A stretch of 64,000 nt of DNA, from contig OX597814.1 in assembly GCA_951406725.2 (NCBI GenBank), forward strand, positions 115,072,001-115,136,000, given 5' to 3'. The notes below the pieces were generated by a model. The model saw nothing but the letters and a program-made list of their open reading frames with translations, did not search any database and was not told the DNA's origin. This DNA is from Octopus vulgaris (lineage: Eukaryota). Below are positions 41,301 through 55,545 of the stretch, piece after piece. Made by a program: the position numbers and the translations under genes. Each line of letters begins with the position of its first letter. The first letter of the stretch is position 1.

Positions 41301-41301
<1 letters not shown>
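41071..41301 (-). mobile_element. SINE family B, full length, inside (TA)n
   Basis: Head GGCGGCGAGCTGGCAGAAACG on the minus strand and Tx1-type tail. Confidence 0.9.
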
Positions 41302-41399
<98 letters not shown>

Positions 41400-42041
41400 G
41401 CATATATGGGTACAGGACGTCAAAAAACGTGAACAAAATGAGAAAAAAGAACATATAAAACGAAAACATCGTAAAGGAACTTTTTTTCGAATAACGAAAG
41501 AAACAAATAGAGAAACGAAACGAGAGAGGCAACATAAAGAACATTCTCTTCATCAATTGTCCCCTGTTTTATCTACTCCACGTTTTGAATGTAGGGACAA
41601 GACGCGACTTCGTTAAAAGAGTCCTTCCTGCAAAGCAAATTTTAAAAAATTTGCGGATTTGCGGAGGGTTAAAGTTGTGACAAAAACAGGACAGTGAGAA
41701 CAAAGTAGTAAAAACAAACGGTAAGTGGTGAACGCTGGCGAAACGAACATTGAGAAGAGACAGGCAAAAGCACGCCTTGTCTTTAGGAAGGAAATGGAAG
41801 AAAGAAAGATAGATAGCCGTTGGTCATATGTGAGCAACGAGAGAGTCAAGTAGGAAGAGTGAGAGAGAGAGGGGGAACGGTGAAGGGGAGAGGAGAAGAT
41901 TTAGAGAAAGGGTGGGAGTGAAACAGAAAGAAAGAAGAATAAGAGATGGAGATAGAATAGAGATAGGTTGTAGAGTGCGCATCGGAATTATTAAGATAAA
42001 AGTTACTTGGAAATGAATGTGTGGCGTTTGATCATGTAATA

Positions 42042-42093
<52 letters not shown>

Positions 42094-42097
42094 ATAC

Positions 42098-42132
<35 letters not shown>

Positions 42133-42143
42133 TATGTACATAC

Positions 42144-42180
<37 letters not shown>

Positions 42181-42278
42181 TATGTACATACGTACATATA
42201 TATATATATATGCATATGTACGAACAACGAAAGAAGGAAATAGAGAAATGAGACAGGCAACATATATATGTGTGTGTA

Positions 42279-42311
<33 letters not shown>

Positions 42312-42903
42312 ATACACTACGAGCTTCCACATAGTCTTCACAAAGTATTGGTCGTGCCGGGACTATAGTGAAAGACAATTACCAAAAATGCCATGCAGTG
42401 GGACTGACCCCCCCCCCAAAGGCTTGTGCTTGGGAAGCAAATCTGTTTCACGGTGTCACGCATTTATTTCTTATTTGTGTATCTGTAAGTATGCAAAGGT
42501 GGCTTAACTCTCTATAAGCAAAACGTAGAAACTGAGAGAAGAAATCATTAAAAGCAATACAACAACAACAACAAAGAAAAAAGAGAGAATGTGAAAACAT
42601 TGGTATATCACGGTATCGCGCTAGTGAACAAACATATTAGCGGGTGTTATACACGGCTAGTCACAATGCGCTTCACATTGTTCTAGCATTCGAATGATGC
42701 CACTCCGCTGGTTTAGCGAGCAGACCAACATTCAGTAGACCATTCCGTTGCAGGGTTACCCACTTAGAGCCGGGTGGACTGGTGCAACGGGAAATGAAGT
42801 GTTTTGCTCAAAAACACAACACACTGCTCGTTCCGGGAATAGAGCCCAGGGACTGGCAATCCTGAGTGCAACACCATCAACATTAGGCCATACATATATA
42901 TAC

Positions 42904-42975
<72 letters not shown>

Positions 42976-43254
42976 GATATTGTAACATCAGTCAGCGACA
43001 TAATAAGTTTATAGTGAGACTAATGGCCACAGAACTGTTGCTATAACCATTTCTGCTTCAGCAAATCTCATGCTGTCAGCCACTTAGTAAAGCATTGAAC
43101 CGTTTGATGCTTCTAATTTATGCGCATACATTAACGGATATGATGTTGATAAACTCTTTCTGCTGATCAGAAACATCAGAGGATATGTGCATAAACGAAA
43201 TGTTTTAAATGTGATCAATATCTATATCAGATTTGTTTCCAATGTGCAAACGAG

Positions 43255-43680
43255 AGTGATGGGAATGGTTGAGATGGTGATGGTTATGGTGAGGATGGAG
43301 GCGGTGAGGTTGAGGTGGTGGTGATGGTAGTGGCGGTGATGGCGATCGTTTAGTATGTGTAAATGGGGTGTTAGTGACAGTAATGGTTGATGTGATGGTT
43401 AATGATGATGAGGAGGAGGAGAATGAAGAGAAGGGGGAATGAAGAAGAGGGGAGAATGAAGAAGAGGGGAGAATGAAGAAGAGGGGAGAATGAAGAGAAG
43501 GGAAGAATGAAGGGGAGGGGAGAATGAAAAGAAGAAAGAGAGTGAAGAGGAGGAGAGAGGAGGAAGGTGAAGAGAAGGAGGGGAAGAGGAGGTGGAGAAT
43601 AAAGAGGAGAAGAGAAGAAGTTTGAAGAGAAGAAAAAGACTCAGATGATGACGATGAAGAACAAGAAAAAGAAGAAGTAG
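43255..43680. repeat. (GGT/GAT)n and purine-rich low-complexity tract
   Basis: Includes GAATGAAGAAGAGGGGA repeats. Confidence 0.85.
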
Positions 43681-43977
43681 AATGCGATTTCTTTCTAAAT
43701 CTTCAAATGGGCCGAAATCCAGGAAATCATTTATAAAACAATCTGAAAGCATAACAGTGATTGAGCTATTATTACTTGCTAGAAATAGCATCTAAATGTC
43801 CCTCCCTTATACACAGATAGTTTGTTTTTTTGTGTGTTTTTTTAAAGGGAGCCTGTCTCTGGAAAATGCAGTCTTAGATATGAAAAATCATGACGTGACG
43901 GCCATAGCTGGAATCTTGTTGATCATTATAGTCTGCTAGATAATATTGTCCAAGGATTAAATAACAACAATAATAAA

Positions 43978-44166
43978 GGATAGGCGAATAAAAGATGAGA
44001 TGATTCGAATATCAATAGTGATGTTCCGAATAACTGACGAGATGTTCCGAGTAACTGACGAAATGATCCAAATAACTAACGGGATGTTCCGAATAATAGG
44101 TGAGATTTCCCTGATAACAGACGAGATGTTTCGAACAAGAGACCAGATGATCTGAATAAAAGAGAA
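43978..44166. repeat. Diverged 21-bp minisatellite, about 9 units
   Basis: Unit GATGTTCCGAATAACTGACGA and variants at 21-bp spacing. Confidence 0.85.
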
Positions 44167-45470
44167 GAGCGACTACAGTGACATACTGTTTCTGAATAAA
44201 AGTCGCAATGATCACGGCTTGAATGTCTTCTCTCGTGGGTTTTATTAACCAGAATTTCTCCTGGGTTGAACAACTAGAACAAAACTGAAGATATTCTTCG
44301 GAATATAAATATCAATTACCATTAAATTCGTTTCTCTCCATGTTGCGTTTAAAACACAACCAATATTACTGGGACCAATTCTTTCACAATGGCTAAAAAC
44401 GCTGGAAAACTAACGAAAGTATGACATATAAAAACTAAAGAATGCATGAAATAACGTTTAATTTCTAAACAAAATCAAGTATTTTACCAAACCAGATTGA
44501 AAGATAAATGTTAGACGAATAGTATAAAGCTACGTTTGTCCACAATAGTAATTGATCCTACCAGTCAATTCATGGCAATTTTTTGGCTTTTGTCTTTTCT
44601 GATAATCGCAAATGCAGAGAACAATTATATTCAATGACGTCTTTCAAATGTTGTTTTCAGATTTTCTGTGAAACTCTGAACTCTAATTTATAAATGTAAA
44701 TAATATAATCTTAAAAGAAATTTGTAAATGCGGTTTTGTATTGTATTTGAATACATATTTTTTTCTGTTATCAATAAGCTTGTTCTTGTAATGAAATGAA
44801 AATAGAAGTGAGGTTATATTTAAAATGATATAAATACCAATGAGATAAAAATTTTGACATGTTGTTTCCCATTATTTACTTTTCACAAATCACCAATTTT
44901 TTCCACCAAAAGTTCGCAGCATTTTAATAAATTATAATTTCGCTTATAGAAAATATATAATTGTCTACACTTTACAAAGAGAAAAACTATTTTCCTTCCA
45001 ATTCCGTTATTTGCTAATACATATTGTAATTACAAATTCCCTCTTCACAAATAAAAGAAAGTATTTGTTTTCTTTTATGAAATTTCATTATTTTTCTCTA
45101 TAATTTTACTAGTCTTATTCTGTCCCTACGGATAAGTGTAGAGCTTTATAATAGTAGATACTGCCATGTATAACAAAGTAAACAAGAGATAGATGTGTCT
45201 TATACATATATATATATACGCACAAAGAAAAACATGCAAATATACATATCTAAAAACCTATGAACGAATGCTCCTTTCTATTTTTCTTACAAAGATACAA
45301 AGTCCCATCGTTAGAACGTGGACAACAAAACTAAATTTGGATTTTGATCTTGAGAAAAGTTTTGCATATTTTTACTGTTCTGCTTACAAATTGCATTTAC
45401 TGGTTGATTTTTCTGACAACTCTAGCTTTACCAGATTGTCAGTTAGGCATTTAAAACCAAATGTGTGTGC

Positions 45471-45533
<63 letters not shown>

Positions 45534-45541
45534 CATACATA

Positions 45542-45815
45542 TATAATTTAGGGTTTAGTAGCAAGTTACTTTACCACATACCGAAAATTTAGAAATAGAA
45601 GCCAATGACAGCTAATTCTTTTCATTACAGAATTAGCTGTCTTTGGCTGCTATTTCTAAATTGTCGGTATGTGGTAAAGCAACTTGTTACTAAACCCTTA
45701 ATTATATTTATAAAAAACACTTTTTGTAAAAGTTTCTACCGATAATGGTTCTTTTTCCATACTGAAACTACTTGGTAAAATTTATTAATTATTAAATTAA
45801 TAATTCTTTACCCTA
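45542..45815. mobile_element. PLE pseudo-LTR fragment with ~78-bp inverted repeat
   Basis: Arms 45542-45619 and 45629-45706. Decayed hammerhead-like CCGATAA-TGG...CCA..GAAAC at 45739-45775; TA flanks. Confidence 0.6.
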
Positions 45816-45830
45816 TATCTGTATGTATAG

Positions 45831-47590
45831 CTCTCGGCTCTTCGTTCCCTCCAACGGAGCGCTGACATTATCATCAAACCGGCTGACAAGGGTGGAGCTG
45901 TGGTGGTGTGGCGCGCGGACCTCTACAGGGCCGAGGCGCTCCGCCAACTCAATGACACCTCCTTCTACTCTCCTTTGTCCTCTAACTCCACGCGCAGCTA
46001 CCAACAGACGGTATCCTCTACTGTCCACGACCTCATCTCGTCCTCCCGTCTCCCCCACACCGCATCCAACCTCATTGTGCGAACCCCATGCAACCCCACC
46101 ATTTACTTCCTCCCCAAAATCCACAAACCCAACAACCCTGGCCGCCCCATCGTCTCCGCCTGTAACTGCCCCACGGAGCTCATCTCAAAATACCTCGACC
46201 GTGTCCTTGCCCACCTAGTGGCGTCTCTTCCCTCCAACATCCACGACACTAACCATGCTCTCCGGCTTTTCAACTCTTTCTCCTTTCCTCCCGGCTCCTC
46301 CAAAATACTTTTTACAATGGCCATCCAGAGCCTATATACCGTCATCCCTCACCACGAAGGACTGCGGGCACTTCAACACTTTCTCGACCTCCACCCTAAC
46401 CCCGAACCCGACACCTCCACACTCATTCGTCTGGCCGAACTTGTCCTTTCTCTTAACTGCTTCTCGTTCGCGGGCGAGTTCTACCAACAACTCTCGGGAG
46501 TGGCCATAGGAACGCGAATGGGCCCCAACTATGCGAACCTGTTCGTTGGCTATGTTGAGGCCCAAATATTCTCTAGTTTCACTGGTCCCATTCCCGAACT
46601 ATACGGTCGTTACATTGACGACATTATCGGTGCCACCTCACTCTCCCGTGAACATCTAGATTCCTTCCTCTCTTTCGTTCAATCCTTCCATCCTGCCCTC
46701 CACTTCACCTCCACTATCTCCAACACCTCTGTCTCCTTCCTCGACATTTCGGTCAGCATCCATCACTCCACTCTTACCACCTCCATTCACTACAAACACA
46801 CAGACTCACACTCATACCTAAACTTCTCTTCCTCCCACCCCAAACACACCAAGCTTTCCATCCCCTATTCCCAATTCCTCCGTCTACGTAGGCTCTGTAG
46901 TGACGACCATGACTTTGAGACTCAGTCTCAACTCATGGCTCGCCACTTCACCCTACGTGGATACCCCCCCACCACCACCACCACTATCCACACTGCCCTT
47001 ACCAGAGCACGTTCCGTAGACCGTGCATCTGCTCTCTCCCCCCGAACCCGCCCTGTAGTCTCCCGCCTCCCTTTTCCCCTCACTTACCACCCCACGACCC
47101 TACTTCTCCAATGCACCATTCTTCGAGCTTTCCGGCATCTCCAGTCCGACCCGTCCACTTCACACCTCTTCCCTAACCGACCCCTCCCCTCCTTCAAACT
47201 AGCCCATAACCTACGAGACCTCTTGGTCCACTGCACCTTCCCTGACCCTACCTTCCAACCTGGCTCGTTCCCCTGCTCCCGCCCCTGTTGCCGCACTTGC
47301 CCTTACCTCTCCAACACCACCCTCTTCTCTGACACCCATCATCGACCCTATCGCATCATCAACTCCTTCACCTGCACCTCCAGCAATATCATCTATTGCA
47401 TCTCCTGTTCTCTCTGCCATTCCCTGTACAACGGACAAACGGGACGCTGACCGGTTCGCGGAACACCTCCGTGACATCCGCCTTGCCAACGACACACCAG
47501 TCTCCACAGAGGCCATCCGGATTCCCGTTTGCGCCGTGAACAGGAATTAATCTTCTCTCTTCGCTCCTTCACGCCATTTGGTCTCAACTC
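45831..47590 (+). pseudogene. PLE reverse transcriptase / GIY-YIG endonuclease, inactive
   Basis: IKPADKGGAVVV, YFLPKIHK, PGRPIVS, FTMAIQSLYT (catalytic D replaced by A), GVAIGTRMGP, RYIDD, FLD, YK.TD, PCSRPCCRTCP linker, NIIYCISCSLC..LYNGQTGR*. After a frameshift: RFAEHLRDIR and REQELIFSL....PFGLN. Confidence 0.93.
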
Positions 47591-48364
47591 TTCCCCCCCT
47601 TCTCATCTAACCTCTCCCCTATCATCTAACCTCCCCCCGACTCCTACTTCTCTTCAGTCCTTCATCTTTTCATCCCACTCTCTTTCCCGCCTCTTCTTTC
47701 CTCTTTCTTCTTCCCTCTTCTCCTTCTCTCTACTCCCTCATTCCCCTTCTCTTCCCCTCCCCTCCGCCTCCTCCTCTCCTTTCCCATCCCCCTCCTCTTC
47801 TCCTCTCCTTCTTTCTCCCCTCTCCCCCTCCCCCTCCCCTCTCCTCTCCTTCCTTCTTCCTCCCTTCCCTCTCCTTCCTTCTTCCCCCTATCACCCACTC
47901 CTCCCCTCTCCCCTCCACCTCATCTCTCTTCCCTCCCTCTTCTCTCCCCTTTCACTCTCCCCACAACCCCCACTCTACCTCAAACCCCAGCCGAACCCAC
48001 ACCCCACACCCCTTTCACTCTCCCCACAACCTCCACTCTACTCCAACCCCCAGCCGAACCCACACCCTATATGGGCTTTCCCCACCTCCCACCACACTAC
48101 ACTACACTATACGACATTACACATCACATCATACATACATACACACGTCCAGACCTTTCATACGCACATTCATACGCTCTCATACACACACGCACCCTTA
48201 TGTTGGGGCGAGGTCATTTAACTTTGTTATCTCCCCTACTTTCCCTCTTGCGTCTAACGTCTGATCTCTGACTTCTGGCCGAAATCAGACCGTCATGTTG
48301 ATTCGTTAGCTCCTGCACGCATTTTTTTCTCTCCTTGTTTCTCTCCGTGTTTCTTTTCTGTGTA

Positions 48365-48402
48365 TCTTTCTGTTGAAGAGCGTAGGCTCGAAACGTAAAA
48401 GA
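48365..48402 (+). ncRNA. Minimal hammerhead variant in the Neptune-like pseudo-LTR
   Basis: UCUUU-CUGUUGA-AGAGC-GUAG-GCUC-GAAAC-GUA-AAAGA: 5-bp stem I, 4-bp stem II, palindromic ACGU stem III. U replaces conserved A6. Confidence 0.75.
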
Positions 48403-48529
48403 CTTGTTTTATTTCCATTCCTGAGCGCCATACTATTACAATTGTTTGTTTGTACTCTACCTGTCGTCGTCTTTTGTTTATTTTCGTAAAGCTTCCTGTT
48501 ATATATATATATATGTGTGTGTGTGTGTT

Positions 48530-48573
<44 letters not shown>

Positions 48574-49050
48574 CTTGTATCACTCGCTCGCTCTCTCTCA
48601 TATTTAGCTTTCTGCTAGGTCCCGGTTTGTGTTCAATTCAAAATATATAATATGGTGCTCATTGATTCATTTAAATGCTCCATTTCGTGTTTCACAAAAC
48701 CTAATATTTCAGTGACGTGTTTAATCTTGTTAGAAATCTCAATACTCTTTGATCAAAACACGCCTTTCTTTGTCTTTTTAAATGTTTTTTTTTTTTTAAG
48801 TCTTCAAGCAAAGCTGTAAACCGATTCAGAATTACAATCATTTTTTATAAGTAAAATTCTAAATTGTACTTGTTTGATATTAAAAAATCTAGTTCGTGCA
48901 AAATCTTGTTTATTCCAATCTTCAATTTATGTTTTCAAAAAGTATATATTTTTACTCTGTTTTACGAAATTTAATACACATTACGCTATCACTGTCACTC
49001 TCTCTCTCTCTCTCTTGCACAAATACGTGTTTATAATTCGTATGATCATA

Positions 49051-49471
49051 AGGCGGCGAGCTGGCAGAAACATTAGCACGCCGGGCGAAATGCGTAGCCG
49101 TATTTCGTCTGCCGTTACGTTCTGAGTTCAAATTTCGCCGAGGTCGACTTTGCCTTTCATCCTTTCAGGGTTGATAAATTAAGTATCAGTTACGCACTGG
49201 GGTCGATATAATCGACTTAATCCGTTTGTCTGTCCTTGTTTGTCCTCTCTGTGTTTAGCCCCTTGTGGGTAGTAAAGAAACAGGTATTTCATCTGCCGTT
49301 ACGTTCTGATTTTAAATTCCGCCAAGGTCGACTTTGCCTTTTATCTTTTCGGGGTCGATAAATAAAGTACCAGTTGCGCACTTGGGTCGATGTAATCGAC
49401 TTAATCCCTTTGTCTGTCCTTGTTTGTCCTCTCTATCTTTAGCCCCTTGTGAGTAATAAAGAAATTTTAAA
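49051..49471 (+). mobile_element. Dimeric SINE family B with 16-bp TSD
   Basis: AATTCGTATGATCATA at 49035-49050 and 49472-49487; internal junction AAAGAAACA|GGTATTTC at about 49283. Confidence 0.93.
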
Positions 49472-50387
49472 AATTCGTATGATCATACCAAAATGACACA
49501 GCTTCACACGTAGTTATTGGAGCTATTTACTTCTTTTGCGCTGTTTTTGCAACCACAATCGTATATTTGAGAATACTTAAAACTTATGAAAGTCTCTTAT
49601 AGTAAACTTTACGGTGGAGTGTATCTATGCGTATTCATAGGTTTTGAGCCGTCAGTGCTTTCGTAATTTTTTTCCTTATGTAAAATTACCTGGATACATG
49701 AGATATTTGTAAACGCCTGTCATGTTTATTATACAAGCTCTCCATAGATGATATAAAAGGTACCGATATGTTGCTCGTTTCTAGTTTATTTATCAACAGT
49801 CAAATCTCTCTGCGTTACTACCACTCTTAAATTGTATTTAAAACTACTGCTGTTACGCTTATAACTAAATCAGGTAAACGTACTTGATTATTAGAGACAT
49901 TTTCCTCTTCCATTTCTGTTACATGAATCACTGGTGCACTAGCAATGTTTATTTTTCATACTAAACTTTACTACGGAGTATATCCATAAGCTCTGAGGTA
50001 CCACTGATTTTGTGAACTGCGCAACATAACTAATAACCGAAAATGTGTGTAATATTCAAATTAATTTACTTTTTCCTACTGTAATCGTAACAGCAACGTT
50101 AACAATTTCGTAAAGGCTATGGTAGCTATTTGAGACCGGTATTTATATAATCGATCTCTTTTCATTAAATCTCTGAGTTGCATATTTGACACGATATAAA
50201 TATAGACAAGAACAATATATACATGTTCTTTGCACAAATTTATAGACGCATACACTTATAAATACACACCCAGGCAAAGATACACACTTATGAATGTGAG
50301 TGTGCGAGTGTGTGCGCGCGTGCTTGCATACACAAATATATATGTGTGTGTGTGTGTGAGTGCGCGTGTGTGTGTGTGTGTGTAAGT

Positions 50388-50610
50388 AAGTAAGTAAAGT
50401 TAATCCCCAACATGAAAACACAAAGAGAAAACAACAACGCGAGGACGTGGAACAAGTATAGTGTTATTGGACGCTCAGGAAAGGAAGGAAAGAAAGGAGG
50501 ATTTAATGTTTCGAGCGGAGCTCTTCGTCAGAAACATAGGAAAAGGAAAGGTCCAAGGAAGGGAAGACGGAGGAAAAAAATCGCCAACGATACACACGCG
50601 GTCATACACA
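50388..50610 (-). mobile_element. Penelope pseudo-LTR fragment with minimal hammerhead (50501-50535)
   Basis: Minus strand GUUU-CUGACGA-AGAGC-UCC-GCUC-GAAAC-AUU-AAAU, followed by CUGAGCG as in the related pseudo-LTRs. Confidence 0.8.
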
Positions 50611-50691
<81 letters not shown>

Positions 50692-51334
50692 GCATAAGCA
50701 GACAGATCGATTGATTGATAGACTGACAGGAAGGCAGACAGGGAGATGGACTGAGAGAGAGACAGACAGACTGACATATAGATAGACAGACAGACAAACA
50801 GATGATTGGCTTCTGAACAGATTCTATGGACCGTAATTTATATGACGTTGGTCAAACTGAGACTACTGTAGAAGCAGAAGTCACTTGACCAACGTGGCGC
50901 GTATTTGAAGGAAAAACCCGGATCCCTATGGTTGAGAAGCGATCTGATAAACCACGCAATTAAGCCTGCAGTTTGTATTAGATTTTCTTACGTAACAAGA
51001 AAACTGAATAACTCAACTTTCGAAATATATAACTCTTGTTTCAATACTAGACATTCCCCCGTGGCACGAGCTGTTTTTATTCATTACTGATAAAGCACGA
51101 ACACGTATATTGAATTATAAATCGACTCGTGAAGCTACCGAATGGTGTAACGTGATACTCCTTCCCTGCGGTATATACACTTGGGTGCGCGCGTGCAAAC
51201 GCGAAAAACACACGCACAATTCCTCATACACATAGAAAATTACAGAAACACGTAAACACACACTCGTGTGTACACTTACTATCCAAAATATATATAAATT
51301 TCGTTCATATGAATGTGTATGTGTACACGTGCGC

Positions 51335-51375
<41 letters not shown>

Positions 51376-51560
51376 GTGTTTATATAGATGCATATAAACG
51401 ATATGCTTCTATATATATATATATATATATTTAGGTAACATCTAATACATTATATGATATATGTATATACACATATACATTATTTATATACATTACGTAA
51501 CTGTCTATGTGTAAGTGTACGTATGTGTATGTTTGTACATTACGTAAGAAGACAGATTGA

Positions 51561-53093
<1,533 letters not shown>

Positions 53094-53113
53094 TAGACAG
53101 ACAGACAGACAGT

Positions 53114-53196
<83 letters not shown>

Positions 53197-53241
53197 CCTT
53201 ATATTGGAAAATTTACTGACAGTGCCTGCTCCATAAAGAAC

Positions 53242-53700
53242 GTATCAATTAGCTGTTCATGAAATACTGAAGCAGTTGCTCATGAAATACTATACTTATT
53301 AAACGTTCATGACGGCCAGCATAGTTAAGGTGTTAAGCAAGAAATAAGTTGTAATCAATTAGAAGCGTAATGAGAAGAAAAGTAATCAGTGTTAGTGAAT
53401 ATTTATCTAAAACGTGTCAAGGGAGAGAACTCTGAAAATGTCATACATACATACATACATAAATACATACAGGGAGGAGTAAAACTGATCTTTCGTAGTT
53501 ATGATGACCTCTCAGAAATTCTTACTCGACCGCTTCAACCAAGTGTAATTTTTATTCAGCGGTACTAAGAACTTAGAACGTCTAAAAGATATAGTATCTT
53601 AAAATCGACGAAGAGACGCTGTGTTTTATGAACGTTTAATAACTATAGTATTTCATGAGCAACTAAATGCTATAGTATTTCATGAACAGCTAATTGATAC
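53242..53700. mobile_element. ~460-bp element with ~70-bp terminal inverted repeats (MITE)
   Basis: GTATCAATTAGCTGTTCATGAAATACT...TTATTAAACGTTCAT (53242-53310) is mirrored at 53628-53700. Confidence 0.8.
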
Positions 53701-55545
53701 ACTATTTTATATAGAAATATCTTTCGTACAAATTATAAAATTAGTCTTTCTAAGATACTGACAAATATAGGAGAAATAAGCACACTGACGATGGCTAATA
53801 TGGATGGATGGATCAGGCGCGTAGCATAATGGTTAGCGTGTGGCAGACCGGAGATGTCTTGCGTTCTTGAGCAAAATTCGTTATTTCACGGCGTGCTAAC
53901 ATTTCTGCCAGCTCGCCGCCTTAGTTTTAGAAATATATTGTGAGATAGTGGGCAGATTGAGGATAACATAAAAGGAGAATATTTTTAGTTTGTATAGGAG
54001 ACAGTTGATGGGATAATCATTCGACTGAAATCCGTGCATAATGCCGTAGAGGTGCGAGAGAGTGTCTTTCATATTGATTCTTGCTCTCGTTTGTGTATTT
54101 CGAGTTGCTTTTAATATTTTCAAGAGCAGAAACAATGTCAAACATTGGTTTGCATTTGTGCATATATATGTGCATACGGGCGCCACACACACACGTATAC
54201 ATATATATAAATAAACATACACACGTGTGTATGTAATTATAGATGGACGTAGGGTGAAAAATATGAAAAAGACGAACTGAAGTAAAAAAAAAAAAAGAAA
54301 GAGAGAAAGTAAAGAATCTTCGTTTATCGAAAGTTCGAGCTGTCATGTAATCGTTTTTAGATTTAGTTTAAACATTGAAGGAGACAGCTAAAATATTTAT
54401 GATAGAAACAGTGTTACAAAATCACACGTAAAGATTGATAATATAATTTTTTGCAAATTTCGTGTGTACCCCCACTCACTCCAAAAAGAGGATGCTTGTT
54501 CTCTTAAACAGAAAAGCAGAAACATATCGAGTGACACTGAAAGATATCTTTCTGATTGCTTGTGTTAACAGTGAAACTATAAAGAAGGAAAACGAAGAGA
54601 TGATCTGCTGACCTTTATGATTAAATATCTGTATTATTGCCAAATTATTCCTACTTTCTTCCCTTAAGTCAATCGATTCTCATCAATCATCATTGCTGAC
54701 TTCACCTCATATTGTATTTCAGAGATATCTGTCTTAAAATGTTCTTCATTGGGAAGCTAGACATGATATATTATCACATCATTCCAAAATATTATCATTG
54801 CAAGCAGTTCATCTGAAAAGTTACTGAAAATATAACCACAGCTATATTTTAATCACCTCATAAACCTTTTCTTTTACACCCATATTCAAAAACTACCTTA
54901 TCTTTCTATTCTACAGTTCTTTTATTGCACAAATAAATATATTCTTTCATCAGCTTAGCAAATATGTGATAAATCCGCTTAACACCAAAGATATGAGGGG
55001 TAAGTAGCATCATAGCGTTAAGGAGACTTCATTTTAGCTATCCATGTTTGCTCCATTTTACACCTAATTCTTTCAGAATTCATTATTATCATTGTACTAC
55101 ACTACAAACACAGCCATCATCATCATCATCCTTTTATATAAGGTGATGATAGTTTAGAATACATGTTACCTAAGTTGTGCTTATGGTATTCAGCGAAGGT
55201 GGCCGTGTACATCACATTTTGCTTTGTCTAGCTCAGACCTATGGTACGTGAATAGTAGACCGGTCGAAATCTGGCTGTGACGTCTGTATCTGTTGCCTCA
55301 GCATAGGGTGAGCATTATATTGGACACTCCAGAATACTTTAATTAATCGTATGGACTACAGTCTGGATAGTGTGTTCTCACTACTATCCAACGCATTTCT
55401 GTATCCCTTAGGTTCTAGTTTTGGCTACAGCGGAAATGAGCAAGGTGCATCCGGTTGAAGCAGGATAGTTGCTGTTCGTCTGCTATTAAAATTGAGGACG
55501 TGTGTATATTGCTCAATTCAAGTGGCTAATGAGATTATTTATGGA

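Larger units (their letters stand above)
45831..48500 (+). mobile_element. 5'-truncated Penelope-like retroelement, Neptune-like
   Basis: RT, Cys linker and GIY-YIG domain, then a pyrimidine-rich 3' region and a pseudo-LTR with hammerhead ending at (TA)n. Confidence 0.93.

Noticed and set aside
43978-44166. CRISPR-like periodicity
   Set aside because: Contiguous tandem units with no unique spacers, no cas genes, and a eukaryotic context.
47529-48221. 230-aa Pro/Ser/Leu-rich ORF
   Set aside because: Only the first ~20 aa are PLE endonuclease C-terminus; the rest is a polypyrimidine low-complexity tract.
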